NCBI GenBank assembly: GCA_963729715.1 | Contig: CAVSPA010000007.1 | Coordinates: 32,001-96,000 of the forward strand | Source: an uncultured delta proteobacterium | GTDB taxonomy: Bacteria > Desulfobacterota > Syntrophia > Syntrophales > UBA2185 | Length of the DNA: 64,000 bases | Direction: 5' to 3' | Notes under the pieces: model-generated | What the model was told of the DNA's origin: nothing | The model's database searches: none | What the model saw: only the letters and a program-made list of their open reading frames with translations | Program-made: the position numbers and the translations under genes | Part shown: positions 13,422-24,122 of the stretch, piece by piece | How the letters are laid out: each line of letters begins with the position of its first letter | How positions within the stretch are numbered: the first letter of the stretch is position 1

Positions 13422-13509
13422 TATATTATATCTCCCGATTCTTAGAGGGTTATCAAGTGCAAACCCTAAATTCTAAATGCTCTCCAAAACAAAGTTATGT
13501 TTGATGTTC

Positions 13510-16500
13510 TCATTCTTCTTCCATTAAGTCCACATCAAGGCAAAGACTCTGCAGTTCCTTGACAAGAACATTGAATGATTCTGGGAGCCCCGGTTCAAAC
13601 GTATGTTCACCCTTCACGATAGCTTCGTATATCCTCGTTCTGCCTGCCACATCATCGGACTTAACCGTAAGAAATTCCTGCAGTGAGTAAGCAGCACCAT
13701 AGGCTTCCATGGCCCACACCTCCATTTCACCGAGCCGCTGACCGCCAAACTGTGCTTTTCCTCCCAGGGGTTGTTGAGTCACTAAGGAATACGGTCCAAT
13801 GGACCTTGCATGAATTTTGTCATCAACAAGATGATGTAACTTCAGCATATAAATCATGCCGACCGTGACCTCCTGATCAAAAGGGTCACCCGTCTTTCCG
13901 TCAAAAAGAATAGTTTGTCCGTTCTCAGGAAGACCCACTTTCTTCAGCATATCCCTGATTTCGCTTTCTTCTGCACCATCAAACACCGGGGTAGAAACCA
14001 AAATACCCCTCTTTAATTTACTTATGAATTCTCTGAGTTTGTCCTCGGAGATACCATCTATAAAACGATCAAAATCAGGCGAGGAATAAATGCTTCGCAA
14101 TTCCTTTTTCAACCGATCGGTACTGTGATGCTTTTCCAGCATGGCATTAATCTTCTCACCCAAGCCCTTTGCGGCCCACCCTAAATGCGTCTCGAGAATC
14201 TGCCCGACATTCATGCGTGAAGGAACCCCTAAAGGATTCAAAATGATATCAACAGGTGTTCCATCCTTAAAATACGGCATATCTTCTTCCGGAAGTATCC
14301 TCGACAATACCCCTTTATTACCGTGCCTGCCAGCCATCTTGTCGCCTACGGACAGTCCTCTTTTGATGGCGATATAGACTTTGACCATTTTGATCACTCC
14401 TGGGGGAAGTTCATCGCCTGCCTTCAGCTTGCTGATTTTTTCCTCAAAAAATGCTTCAATGATCTCCTTTTTTCTCTCATAATTTGCAATCAAAGTGCCT
14501 ATTTTTTCTTCTGTCACCTCATCGCGGACGAGAGAAATATCCTTCCATAGGCCAAACGGTATTTTTTCCAGAGCTTCTTTTTCAATTAGCTCTCCTTTTT
14601 TCAGTAACATCTTCTTTTTCTTTGGATCAATCAGCTTTGAGGCAGAAGTTTTCCCGACGAGCATGCCTGCGATATTGTTCTTGACGCTTTCCGTTATGAT
14701 TCTGATTTCGTCATCCCGGTCTTTATACAAATCACTCATAGCTTCATCTTCGATGGCTTGCGTTCTGTGGTCCCTTTCAGAACCCTTTCTGGTAAATACC
14801 TTGGCATCTATCACTGTACCATCAACACCAGGGGGAACCCGGAGAGATGTGTCTCGAACGTCGCTTGCCTTTTCACCAAATATCGCTCTGAGCAGTTTTT
14901 CTTCCGCGGATAACTGAGTCTCTCCCTTCGGAGTGATCTTCCCGACAAGAATATCACCTGATTTTACAAATTCGCCCATTCTGACAATGCCGCTTTCGTC
15001 AAGGTTCCTGAGGGCTTCCTCTCCCACGTTAGGAATATCCCTTGTGATCTCCTCCTTACCCAACTTCGTATCTCTCGCCATCGTCTCGAATTCTTCAATG
15101 TGAATCGATGTGTAAATATCATCTTTTATGAGTCTCTCGCTTACCAGTATGGAATCTTCGTAGTTGTATCCCCCCCACGACATGAAAGCGACCATCACGT
15201 TTCGCCCCAATGCAAGTTCCCCGGAATCAGTGGCGGGACCGTCAGCAATGATATCACCCTTGCTGACCCAACTTCCCTTATTCACAATCGGCTTCTGGTT
15301 AAAGCAGGTATCCTGATTTGAGCGCTGATACTTTGAGAGGTTATAGATATCAACTCCTGTATCAAGTTCATCCTCTCCATCCCCATCACACTTGAGCACA
15401 ATCCTTGAAGCGTCCACCTGCTCAACTACTCCGGAGCGCCTCGCCACAACAACTGCGCCTGAGTCTCTCGCAACAATAGATTCCATCCCCGTACCCACTA
15501 TGGGAACTTCGGGTCTTAAAAGAGGAACTGCCTGTCGTTGCATATTGGAACCCATGAGGGCCCGGTTGGCATCATCGTGCTCAAGAAACGGTATTGATGC
15601 TGCCGCAATACTTACAAGCTGATCCGGAGATACATCCATCAAATTTATCTCGGTTGGCGGAATAGAAAGGAAATCGCTCCCTTTTCTGGCAGAAACCAGT
15701 TCTCCTATAAACCTCCCCCTGCTGTCAAGGGCCATATCCGCCGGTGCGATAATGTACTTTTCCTCTTCAATAGCTGTCAGGTAGCGAACTTCGTCAAGAA
15801 CCCTTCCGTTATTGACTACTCTGTAAGGTGTTTCTATAAAACCGAATGGATTGACCCGTGCATACGTACTGAGGGAAACAATGAGACCTATATTGGGACC
15901 TTCCGGCGTTTCAACAGGACAGATGCGGCCATAATGGGTAGGATGAACATCCCTGACTTCAAATCCTGCCCTTTCACGCGTGAGACCACCAGGACCAAGG
16001 GCGGAAAGCCTTCTCTTGTGGGTAATCTCCGAGAGGGGATTGGTCTGATCCATGAACTGGGAAAGTTGGCTGCTTCCAAGAAATTCATTCACAACGGCAG
16101 AAACAGGTTTGGCGTTGATAAGCTCGTGCGGCATCATTGTTTCAATGTCCTGCAGGCTCATTCTCTCTTTGATGGCTCTCTCTATCCGAACCAGACCTAT
16201 GCGGTACTGATTTTCGATCAGTTCACCTACCGACCGGATTCTACGGTTTCCCAGGTGATCAATATCGTCGACACTGCAGTCACCAGAACCATTTTTCAGA
16301 TCAATCAGGTATTTGACGGCGGCAAGGATATCCTCATTACGAAGAACTGTTACGTCTATCGGGACATCCAGGCGAAGCTTGTAATTCATCTTGGCCCTTC
16401 CCACGTCCGAGAGATCGTAACTTGCAGGATCAAAAAAGAGACTGTTGAAAAACTTATGTGCCGTCTCTGGTGTCGGCGGATTACTCGGCCTCAACCTTCT

Positions 16501-17601
16501 GTATATCTCGATTATTGCCTCTTCTTCATTCTCAATCTTATCGATGAGCAGAGTATCCTTAATCGAAGCATTGGACCTTTCCTCGTCTAGGTAAATAAAC
16601 CTAAGCTCCTGAACCCCTTTCTCGCTGACCCGCTCCAGACCATCAAGTGTTAACTCTTCATTACATCTCAACAATACTTCGCCGGTGTTGGGATCCTTTA
16701 CATCTGAAGCAAGAATTTTTCCAACTACGTCCGAGTCCTTAATCTGTATCCTCTTGATCTTCAGATCAGTCATTCTCTTGATGTGGGCTTTTGTAAACTT
16801 CCGCATCTTCTTAACAATCACTTCGCCGGATCCTGACTCCTTTATGTCTTCGGGCGCCTTCTCACCTATGAGTGACTCATCCACAACCATATAAAACTTG
16901 TTATGGTCTACAAATACCTTTTCGACATTGTAAAAATAACCGAGGAGGAATTCCGTAGAGTTTGCCATAGCCTTAAAAAGAATCGTCACGGGCATCTTCC
17001 TTCGCCTATCGATCCTCACGTAGAGGAGGTCTTTTGAATCAAATTCAAAATCCAACCAAGATCCTCTAATGGGTATAATCCTTGCTGAATAAATCAACTT
17101 CCCACTGGCGAGGGTTTTCCCCTTATCGTGATCAAAAAATATACCCGGTGATCTGTGAAGCTGACTGACGATGACTCTTTCCGTACCATTCATGATGAAG
17201 GTGCCGTTATCCGTCATCAAGGGAATTTCTCCGAAGTATATCTCCTGCTCCTTTATATCCCGGATCGTCTTATGCCCGGAAGTACGATCAGCATCGAAGA
17301 CAACCAACCTCACCACAATCTTCAAAGGAGCGGCATACGTCATGCCTTTTTGAATGCATTCCTTCACGTCATATCTGACATCTCCGATCTTGTAACTTAC
17401 AAATTCCAGCGAGCACTTCCCGCTAAAGTCGGAAATTGGGAAGACGCTCTTGAATGCACCCTGAAGTCCAAAGCTCCCCCGGTCCAGCGGGGCCACTTCC
17501 TTCTGAAGAAACTTCTCGTAGGACTTCTTTTGAATATCAATTAGATTTGGTATTTCTAATATCTTTCTTATACGGCCAAAATTCTTTCTAAACTCGTTCA
17601 T
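13510..17601 (-). CDS. rpoB: RNA polymerase beta subunit
   Basis: [30 protein letters not shown]. Confidence 0.99.
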   Translation of the reverse strand: MNEFRKNFGRIRKILEIPNLIDIQKKSYEKFLQKEVAPLDRGSFGLQGAFKSVFPISDFSGKCSLEFVSYKIGDVRYDVKECIQKGMTYAAPLKIVVRLVVFDADRTSGHKTIRDIKEQEIYFGEIPLMTDNGTFIMNGTERVIVSQLHRSPGIFFDHDKGKTLASGKLIYSARIIPIRGSWLDFEFDSKDLLYVRIDRRRKMPVTILFKAMANSTEFLLGYFYNVEKVFVDHNKFYMVVDESLIGEKAPEDIKESGSGEVIVKKMRKFTKAHIKRMTDLKIKRIQIKDSDVVGKILASDVKDPNTGEVLLRCNEELTLDGLERVSEKGVQELRFIYLDEERSNASIKDTLLIDKIENEEEAIIEIYRRLRPSNPPTPETAHKFFNSLFFDPASYDLSDVGRAKMNYKLRLDVPIDVTVLRNEDILAAVKYLIDLKNGSGDCSVDDIDHLGNRRIRSVGELIENQYRIGLVRIERAIKERMSLQDIETMMPHELINAKPVSAVVNEFLGSSQLSQFMDQTNPLSEITHKRRLSALGPGGLTRERAGFEVRDVHPTHYGRICPVETPEGPNIGLIVSLSTYARVNPFGFIETPYRVVNNGRVLDEVRYLTAIEEEKYIIAPADMALDSRGRFIGELVSARKGSDFLSIPPTEINLMDVSPDQLVSIAAASIPFLEHDDANRALMGSNMQRQAVPLLRPEVPIVGTGMESIVARDSGAVVVARRSGVVEQVDASRIVLKCDGDGEDELDTGVDIYNLSKYQRSNQDTCFNQKPIVNKGSWVSKGDIIADGPATDSGELALGRNVMVAFMSWGGYNYEDSILVSERLIKDDIYTSIHIEEFETMARDTKLGKEEITRDIPNVGEEALRNLDESGIVRMGEFVKSGDILVGKITPKGETQLSAEEKLLRAIFGEKASDVRDTSLRVPPGVDGTVIDAKVFTRKGSERDHRTQAIEDEAMSDLYKDRDDEIRIITESVKNNIAGMLVGKTSASKLIDPKKKKMLLKKGELIEKEALEKIPFGLWKDISLVRDEVTEEKIGTLIANYERKKEIIEAFFEEKISKLKAGDELPPGVIKMVKVYIAIKRGLSVGDKMAGRHGNKGVLSRILPEEDMPYFKDGTPVDIILNPLGVPSRMNVGQILETHLGWAAKGLGEKINAMLEKHHSTDRLKKELRSIYSSPDFDRFIDGISEDKLREFISKLKRGILVSTPVFDGAEESEIRDMLKKVGLPENGQTILFDGKTGDPFDQEVTVGMIYMLKLHHLVDDKIHARSIGPYSLVTQQPLGGKAQFGGQRLGEMEVWAMEAYGAAYSLQEFLTVKSDDVAGRTRIYEAIVKGEHTFEPGLPESFNVLVKELQSLCLDVDLMEEE

Positions 17602-17708
17602 ATTATCCTTTTGTATTATTCAAATATATTTGCAAACACAGAATCAGTTATTCCCGTTGCCTTGGACTGCAAAATCTCCGAAAAATAATTTTTCTATTTT
17701 GTCTGCCC

Positions 17709-18095
17709 CTACTTAACTTCAACGGTGCCTCCAACTTCCTCTATCTTCTTTTTTATATCTGCTGCTTCTTCTTTCGGAACACCTTCCTTAATCGGCTTAG
17801 GCACACCATCTACCAAGTCTTTGGCTTCTTTAAGCCCGAGACCGGTAAGAGCCCTTACAACTTTGATAACCTGAATCTTCTGTTCGCCAAATCCCGTCAG
17901 AATAACATTAAATTCTGTTTTTTCCTCTGCCTGCGCTGCCTGTTCAGTCCCTGCAGAAGCTTGGGTCACTGCCACGGGCGCGGCTGCAGATACTCCGAAT
18001 TTTTCTTCCAGTTCCTTAACTAACTCAGAAAGTTCAAGAACCGTCATTCCTTCAATAAATTTTATGACATCATCTTTTGTAATTTTGCTGGCCAT
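17709..18095 (-). CDS. rplL: 50S ribosomal protein L7/L12
   Basis: [26 protein letters not shown] at 18095 preferred as start. Confidence 0.98.
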   Translation of the reverse strand: MASKITKDDVIKFIEGMTVLELSELVKELEEKFGVSAAAPVAVTQASAGTEQAAQAEEKTEFNVILTGFGEQKIQVIKVVRALTGLGLKEAKDLVDGVPKPIKEGVPKEEAADIKKKIEEVGGTVEVK

Positions 18096-18119
18096 CTCTT
18101 TCATCCTCTCCTGTATATT

Positions 18120-18644
18120 TTAGTTTCCTAATTGTTTTTTTGCACGATAAGCGTCAAGCGCGCAAATAAAGCTTCTCGGCACCCCGCTCAATACGTTAAC
18201 CAACGAAGTTTGGACTCCTACCATAACGGAAAGGAGTTTTCCGAGAAGGACTTCTCTGCTCGGCAATTCCGACAGCGCGCTGATCTGATCCTTGCTCAAT
18301 AATTTGCCATTCAGCATGCCAACCCTTATTTCCAGTTCGGCGTTCTTTTTGGCAAATTCGACTAACACCTTTGTCGGCCGGACTACATCTCCGCGATTCA
18401 AGAGGATAGCCAATGGTCCTTTGAAATACTCTTTCAGCCCGCTAAAATCGGTATTCTCCGAGGCAATTCCGAGCAGCGTGTTCTTAACGACCCGCAGTTC
18501 AGTGCCTGACTTGCGTAAAGTATTCCTCAAGACAGTCAACTTCTCAACATTCATGCCGGTATACCCGGCAAGAACCGCCAACGTGGTGTCTTTAAGTTTT
18601 TCATGAAGCTCAGCTACAACCTTCTCCTTAGTTCTCCGATCCAA
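18120..18644 (-). CDS. rplJ: 50S ribosomal protein L10
   Basis: VVKNTL, LPSREVLL; lies between rplA and rplL. Confidence 0.98.
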   Translation of the reverse strand: MDRRTKEKVVAELHEKLKDTTLAVLAGYTGMNVEKLTVLRNTLRKSGTELRVVKNTLLGIASENTDFSGLKEYFKGPLAILLNRGDVVRPTKVLVEFAKKNAELEIRVGMLNGKLLSKDQISALSELPSREVLLGKLLSVMVGVQTSLVNVLSGVPRSFICALDAYRAKKQLGN

Positions 18645-18795
18645 TCTTTAACCTCCTTTCACTACATTAAATTTGTAAAACTTCTAACTCTCGCAAACAA
18701 GAATGTCATCGGAAGTCAGAGAACTATTCATGATACAGGGGAGTTCTTAAACATGATGTACATTACCGAATCAAGTTGCTGCAACATCATCTACT

Positions 18796-18851
18796 GGTCT
18801 CGGCAGGCCGTTTCAAATCGTTTAAACCCCTGTACCTGCTGTCTCAGACTT
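18796..18851 (-). promoter_or_regulatory. Ribosomal protein L10 leader (autoregulatory RNA, conserved core)
   Basis: Minus strand AAGTCTGAGACAGCAGGT...TTTAAAC...GGCCTGCCGAGAC matches the AGACxGyAGG...UUAA...CCUrCxGAG core of L10 leaders; lies in the rplA-rplJ spacer. Confidence 0.8.
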
Positions 18852-19000
18852 CTATTATCGCATCATCAAATCCGACGGCATCGCAAGAAGGCCATATTCC
18901 GTGTATCCCTTTTGCGAAGCCGCCATTTTCAAAAACCTCTCTTACAGTAAATACAAGTTCGCCAAGTCCGCAGACACATATTACTGTGACGGTCCTGACC

Positions 19001-19699
19001 TCAAATATTTCTTACATCCAAGGGATCAACTTTTATCCCTGGCCCCATAGTGGTGGACAGCGATATGCCTTTGAGGTAAGTTCCCTTACTCGATGCCGGT
19101 TTCAGCTTGATTATAGCCTCCAAAAGGGCGCTGACGTTTTCCGTTAACTTATCCGCTCCAAAAGATACCTTTCCAACTGGACTATGCACTATACCTGTTT
19201 TTTCTACGCGAAATTCAACCTTGCCGGATTTTAGTTCATTGACAGCCTTCGCCACGTCAAAGGTTACTGTCCCGACTTTTGGATTAGGCATCAATCCGCG
19301 GGGACCTAATATCTTCCCCAGCTTACCGACATTGCCCATCATATCGGGTGTGGCAATCACTCTGTCAAATTCGAGCCATCCTCCCTTAATTTTTTCAATA
19401 ACATCGTCTGAACCGACAATATCGGCACCCGCATCAAGGGCTTCTTTCTCCTTTTCTCCTTTCGCAAAGACGAGCACTCTGACTGATTTGCCTAATCCAT
19501 TAGGCAAGACAACGCTCCCCCTTACCATCTGATCAGCGTGTTGTGGGCTTACGCCCAGCCGGATAGCCGCATCTACGGTTTCATCAAACTTTGTTCTCGC
19601 CGTACCAACAAGCAATTGTACGGACTCTTTTAAGGTGTACCGTTTCCCCGCCTCAATCTTTCTCTTCGCTTCTACGTAAGTCTTGCCTCTCTTAACCAT
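19001..19699 (-). CDS. rplA: 50S ribosomal protein L1
   Basis: [30 protein letters not shown]. Confidence 0.99.
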   Translation of the reverse strand: MVKRGKTYVEAKRKIEAGKRYTLKESVQLLVGTARTKFDETVDAAIRLGVSPQHADQMVRGSVVLPNGLGKSVRVLVFAKGEKEKEALDAGADIVGSDDVIEKIKGGWLEFDRVIATPDMMGNVGKLGKILGPRGLMPNPKVGTVTFDVAKAVNELKSGKVEFRVEKTGIVHSPVGKVSFGADKLTENVSALLEAIIKLKPASSKGTYLKGISLSTTMGPGIKVDPLDVRNI

Positions 19700-19815
19700 G
19701 TCAAAACCTCTGTTATTGATATTGCCAATTACACGGCTGGGCTACCCGCAATGGCAAGTGTTTAACTTTACGCACCCACCCTGATCGTGGGTTTCTTACA
19801 ATGTCCCCATTTATT

Positions 19816-20241
19816 TTATCCTGCTATTTCGATTCCCATTGACCGTGCAGTTCCCTCAATGATTCTGATTGCCCCTTCTATATCAACAGCGTTTAGGTCG
19901 TTATATTTTGAGGAGGCGATCTCCTTGATCTGTTCACGCGTCACAGTGCCGACCTTCTCCCGCCTCGGGTCCCCGGAGCCCTTCGCAATCTTGGCCGCCT
20001 GTTTGAGAAGCACAGATGCCGGCGGAGTTTTGGTCACAAAGGTGAATGATCGGTCGGCATATACTGTGATAACGACGGGAATAACCGTACCTTCCTGGTT
20101 TTGTGTCATGGCATTGTATGCCTTGCAGAACTCCATAATATTGACCCCGTGCTGTCCTAAGGCAGGCCCGATGGGGGGAGATGGAGTTGCTTTGCCTGCC
20201 TTAATCTGAAGCTTTATATTCGCTATAACCTTTTTTGCCAT
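19816..20241 (-). CDS. rplK: 50S ribosomal protein L11
   Basis: [21 protein letters not shown]. Confidence 0.99.
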   Translation of the reverse strand: MAKKVIANIKLQIKAGKATPSPPIGPALGQHGVNIMEFCKAYNAMTQNQEGTVIPVVITVYADRSFTFVTKTPPASVLLKQAAKIAKGSGDPRREKVGTVTREQIKEIASSKYNDLNAVDIEGAIRIIEGTARSMGIEIAG

Positions 20242-20286
20242 TATGACCACCCTAATTGTGTTGTTATTGGTAACCTATCCCTATTG

Positions 20287-20817
20287 TCAATGCTGAACAA
20301 CCTGGATAAAATCCAGTTCAACCGGCGTTGACCTGCCAAATATGCTGACGATGACCCTTAACTTTCCCTTCTCCGGCTTGACCTCATCGACAACACCATC
20401 AAAGTTTGTAAATGGACCATCAATTATCCTGACGTGATCTCCGACCTCAAACCTGAATTTCGGTTTTGGTTTTAAGGTTCCTTCATTTATCCTGGTCTTG
20501 AGGTTATCCACATCCTTATCAGGGATTGGCGATGGCTTCTCCTTACCCCCGATAAAGCCCGTCACCTTCGGTGTCCCTTTGACAAGGTGCCACGTTTCGT
20601 CATTCATCTCCATCCTGACGAGGATATACCCAGGGAAGAACTTCCTTTTCGACGTCTTCTTCTCTCCTGATACTAGTTCTACAATATCTTCTTCCGGAAT
20701 AAGGATATCCGAAAAGTGCTCCTGCATTCCGGCTGCTTCAATTCTTTCCTGAAGAGAGGTTTTCACCCTATTTTCAAAGCCGGAATACGTATGAACGACA
20801 TACCATTTGAACGCCAT
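20287..20817 (-). CDS. nusG: Transcription termination/antitermination factor NusG
   Basis: WYVVHTYSGFE, FPGYIL, KOW motif GPF, IFGRSTPVEL. Confidence 0.99.
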   Translation of the reverse strand: MAFKWYVVHTYSGFENRVKTSLQERIEAAGMQEHFSDILIPEEDIVELVSGEKKTSKRKFFPGYILVRMEMNDETWHLVKGTPKVTGFIGGKEKPSPIPDKDVDNLKTRINEGTLKPKPKFRFEVGDHVRIIDGPFTNFDGVVDEVKPEKGKLRVIVSIFGRSTPVELDFIQVVQH

Positions 20818-20822
20818 AGACT

Positions 20823-21026
20823 CTAACCCAAAACCATCCTTATTGCCTTAGACAAACCAAAGTCCACGATACCTAGAAAGATGGACACAATTATCACCAC
20901 AATTATCACCACAGAAGTGGAAGCAAGGGTCTGCCTCGGAGTCGGCCACGTAACCTTTTTCAATTCAATCTTTGCTTCTTTTAAAAACCGTATTATTTTG
21001 TCAGCAATTATTTTAACCTTATTCAT
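20823..21026 (-). CDS. secE: Preprotein translocase subunit SecE
   Basis: ELKKVTWP followed by one TM helix; upstream of nusG. Confidence 0.97.
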   Translation of the reverse strand: MNKVKIIADKIIRFLKEAKIELKKVTWPTPRQTLASTSVVIIVVIIVSIFLGIVDFGLSKAIRMVLG

Positions 21027-21150
21027 TAGTGCAATTCCTATAAGATCAAAGCTCAGGCCTTTCGCCCCGTTTCAATCTACACGCTCAGCTTGACCATATC
21101 TTCTTTTCGCATTACTCCAATATAAAAGACTAAACGTCATTTAAACAAAA

Positions 21151-21227
21151 TGGCAGGCCAGGAGGGACTTGAACCCCCAGCATCCGGATTTGGAGTCCGG
21201 CGCTCTATCCATTAGAGCTACTGGCCT
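21151..21227 (-). tRNA. tRNA-Trp(CCA)
   Basis: AGGCCAGTAGCTCTAATGGATAGAGCGCCGGACTCCAAATCCGGATGCTGGGGGTTCAAGTCCCTCCTGGCCTGCCA; cloverleaf with CCA end. Confidence 0.97.
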
Positions 21228-21262
21228 GTTCCTTCTGCTGCATATTCCCTGATAAAGGAAAT

Positions 21263-21412
21263 CTACTTAGTTTCCCTGTGAAGCTTATGAGATCGACAGA
21301 ATTTACAATACTTCATTAACTCAAGCCGATTCTGCATGGTTCGCTTATTCTTCGTCGTTGTATAATTTCTCTGCTTACAATCTGTACAGGCCAAGGTAAT
21401 AATATTTCTCAT
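21263..21412 (-). CDS. rpmG: 50S ribosomal protein L33 (Zn-ribbon, C+ form; absent from the ORF track)
   Basis: Read by hand: [49 protein letters not shown]. Confidence 0.97.
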   Translation of the reverse strand: MRNIITLACTDCKQRNYTTTKNKRTMQNRLELMKYCKFCRSHKLHRETK

Positions 21413-21434
21413 AATTAACCTACTTTTACCGTAA

Positions 21435-21510
21435 TGGAGCCCACGACCAGGATTGAACTGGTGACCTCATCCTTACCAAGGATGTGCTCTACCGACTGAG
21501 CTACGTGGGC
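21435..21510 (-). tRNA. tRNA-Thr(GGT)
   Basis: GCCCACGTAGCTCAGTCGGTAGAGCACATCCTTGGTAAGGATG...TGGGCTCCA. Confidence 0.97.
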
Positions 21511-21610
21511 TTATGAATTCATCAAAAGTACTTCTTCTTCCATGCACCCCATATAATCAGCAAATCGAAACACATCTCTAAAAAAGTTTAGCAATATTAA
21601 AGATATAATA

Positions 21611-21686
21611 TGGAGCGGGAAACGGGATTCGAACCCGCGACCCTCAGCTTGGAAGGCTGACGCTCTAGCCCCTGAGCTATTCCCGC
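21611..21686 (-). tRNA. tRNA-Gly(TCC)
   Basis: GCGGGAATAGCTCAG...TCAGCCTTCCAAGCTGA...TTCCCGCTCCA. Confidence 0.97.
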
Positions 21687-21750
21687 TCTTAAAAGACAGT
21701 GCACCCTGAGGTCCATCCCGCAAAAGTTACTGTCCAATTCATTTCCCTGA

Positions 21751-21832
<82 letters not shown>

Positions 21833-21850
21833 AGTTACATCACCAAAAGC

Positions 21851-21926
21851 TGGAGCTGGCGATGGGACTCGAACCCGCAACCTGCTGATTACAAATCAGC
21901 TGCTCTACCTGTTGAGCTACGCCAGC
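21851..21926 (-). tRNA. tRNA-Thr(TGT)
   Basis: GCTGGCGTAGCTCAACAGGTAGAGCAGCTGATTTGTAATCAGC...GCCAGCTCCA. Confidence 0.97.
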
Positions 21927-22006
21927 CGACTTACTCACCAGAACGGGAAACTTCATTTACTTGCTGCAAAAGAGCGGTTAAAATCTCCCAAAAACAAAAG
22001 CCTCTA

Positions 22007-22035
22007 ATGGTAATTCCATAATCAAAATTTGTCAA
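22007..22035 (-). promoter_or_regulatory. sigma70 promoter of the tRNA/secE/rif operon
   Basis: TTGACA-17 bp-TACCAT with an AT-rich upstream tract, about 80 nt before tRNA-Thr. Confidence 0.7.
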
Positions 22036-22438
22036 CTATTATTTTTTCTAGTGTTGTGCTGAAAGATTTACGTATCGGCTCAGCATGTATAAGAAAGTAC
22101 TGTAGGGAAATGATTTCGAGTATTGATGAACACATTGCATAAACTTCACTCTATTGAACATTAGAATCCATCCATAATATCAAAATCAGCAAGGAAATGG
22201 CTCCCCGCATATCATCATTTTGCATGTCGGAGCATCCTCGATCGCTTCTATGCCTATAAAACGTAAACCTCAGTCCCCGGCACGGAAGCAACTCTATGAT
22301 CCTTCCACCCAGGAGGCAAGGGACGTAATATAGCCTCTTATTTTTTCGCGGAGATATGGAGTTGCAAACAACATTACATTTGAACACTTCTTGCCGTCAG
22401 CATTCAGACTAGTTAGCGGCTCCCTTGGCGACCGTTGA

Positions 22439-22984
22439 TTAATGTTCTCCAAAGACCTCAGCTGAAAATTTATAAACTTTGGCATCCTTATCTTTCCATG
22501 CATCCCGCTGAAGTCCGGCTTTGTAACAGGTTTCCTGAAGAAATGTCAAGCTATCCCAATTATATTCCGCGGCCACTTGCGGGAGCAGAAGGCCGGAATG
22601 AAACCCCTTAGTAATGTAAAGGCCGTGCATGCCCACTTCTATTTCATCTATGTTCTTAACCTGTTTCAGCGGGCTCATTACGGATATCTCGACGGTGATG
22701 TTCTTCAGTTCGTCCGGCTTTAATGGAGGAAAGCGTCGATCATCGAAGGCAGCGGCCAGAGCCATTTCTCCCACGGTCTTGTAAAGTGGCTTTCTCGCCT
22801 CGATATAGCCTATACAACCCCTGAGCTGACTGTGCTTTTTAAGCGTTACAAATGCTCCCTTCTTTTCATTCAGTACCTCCGAAGATAAATGAAATTCCGG
22901 GAGAGACCCGCCTGTTAGTCTGGCCTCTATTGTTTTTCTTACAACATCAAGAAGCGCCTTTTTGTCCAAGTCTGTCAACTCCAT
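22439..22984 (-). CDS. amrA: AmmeMemoRadiSam system protein A (AMMECR1 domain)
   Basis: GAFVTL, LRGCIG, D.RFPP, GLLLPQVA, KAGL. Confidence 0.93.
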   Translation of the reverse strand: MELTDLDKKALLDVVRKTIEARLTGGSLPEFHLSSEVLNEKKGAFVTLKKHSQLRGCIGYIEARKPLYKTVGEMALAAAFDDRRFPPLKPDELKNITVEISVMSPLKQVKNIDEIEVGMHGLYITKGFHSGLLLPQVAAEYNWDSLTFLQETCYKAGLQRDAWKDKDAKVYKFSAEVFGEH

Positions 22985-23191
22985 AACGATACCTCCCCAT
23001 CATCCAAATAACATGCATGGGAAAACTTATTACAACTTTCAAGTAAGAGGGTGTAAGTGACTAATTCATTATTTTCTTAATTTGTGATCCGTCCATGGGT
23101 GCCTGCTTGGGGTCCATGTATTCAGGCGGCAGAACATGAGAAATCTACGGCACGATCAACTGCATGTGCAGACACCAAAGCTTTCTAAAAT

Positions 23192-24031
23192 CTAAGAATG
23201 CCGGCCCTTATAAAAGATAGCGGAAGCATAACCAACAACGCTGCTTTTATCTCCCGTTACATCTCCCGAATTGGCGTATTTCAACAATTTCGCCCTATTT
23301 GCACCCAATTTTTCTGAAACCATCATGGTCACGGCTGCCGGCCCTCCGCCGCAGGCCTCGCATAGATCTTTTTCCAAATCTTCGAGGAGACCCCTGCCAT
23401 CCATCTTTTCTATACGCTTGATCACCACCGAATCAAGCTTCACAGCCTGCTCATAAGAGTGGAAATGTGAGAGATCGGTACTTCCCACGATCAAGACATT
23501 CCTGCCATTTATCGCATTCACTATGCTCTCAGCCAGGTTTTCGCATGTTTCGCGGTCTTGCTCCCCCATAATAAGTGGCACAAAGCGAAATTCTCCGAGT
23601 GCCACTTGAAGAAAAGGGAGTTGAATCTCGAGTGAATGTTCCTGGGCATGAGCAGCCGGTATGTGGGATATCATTTCGCTTTGAGACATTATATCGTTTG
23701 CCAAGGTCACATCCACGGAGACAACGCCTAACGGGGTTTCATATCCGCCCCTGTTATATACGGAAACCCCGTGGAAAAATGCCCTATGGCTCGGGCCCAG
23801 AACCAAGACAGCATCAAAGGTTTTTCTGCGTACTATTTTGTAAGCTATTGCGGCAATCTGGCCTGAATAGACATATCCGGCGTGGGGAACAATAAGGCCT
23901 CTGATGCCGCCATCAATCACTACATCAGGCGCGTTGAGAAAAAAGTCCTCTATATCCGCCCGCAAAACCCTGGGGCTGCCAGGATACCAAGTCCCTGCGA
24001 TAACTGACTTTCTGACTTCCTTATCCATCAC
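23192..24031 (-). CDS. amrB: AmmeMemoRadiSam system protein B (MEMO1 family)
   Basis: AGTWYP, PHAGYVYSG, GPSH, EHSLEIQLPFLQ, STDLSH, CG, YANSGDV, VVGYA. Confidence 0.93.
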   Translation of the reverse strand: MMDKEVRKSVIAGTWYPGSPRVLRADIEDFFLNAPDVVIDGGIRGLIVPHAGYVYSGQIAAIAYKIVRRKTFDAVLVLGPSHRAFFHGVSVYNRGGYETPLGVVSVDVTLANDIMSQSEMISHIPAAHAQEHSLEIQLPFLQVALGEFRFVPLIMGEQDRETCENLAESIVNAINGRNVLIVGSTDLSHFHSYEQAVKLDSVVIKRIEKMDGRGLLEDLEKDLCEACGGGPAAVTMMVSEKLGANRAKLLKYANSGDVTGDKSSVVGYASAIFYKGRHS

Positions 24032-24122
24032 GTTTCCTCATTGATGCGTGTCAGCCATCAATTGCGAACAGATATTCACCAATAGCATATTCACCGTATT
24101 TGCTTCACGCAACCCTTATAAA

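Noticed and set aside
371..21093. Numerous plus-strand ORFs of 60-220 aa across the ribosomal and rpo region
   Set aside because: Antisense shadows of conserved genes, with no recognisable motifs.
22151..22503. Short ORFs between amrA and the tRNA operon
   Set aside because: No motifs, and one overlaps amrA; coding status is not supportable.
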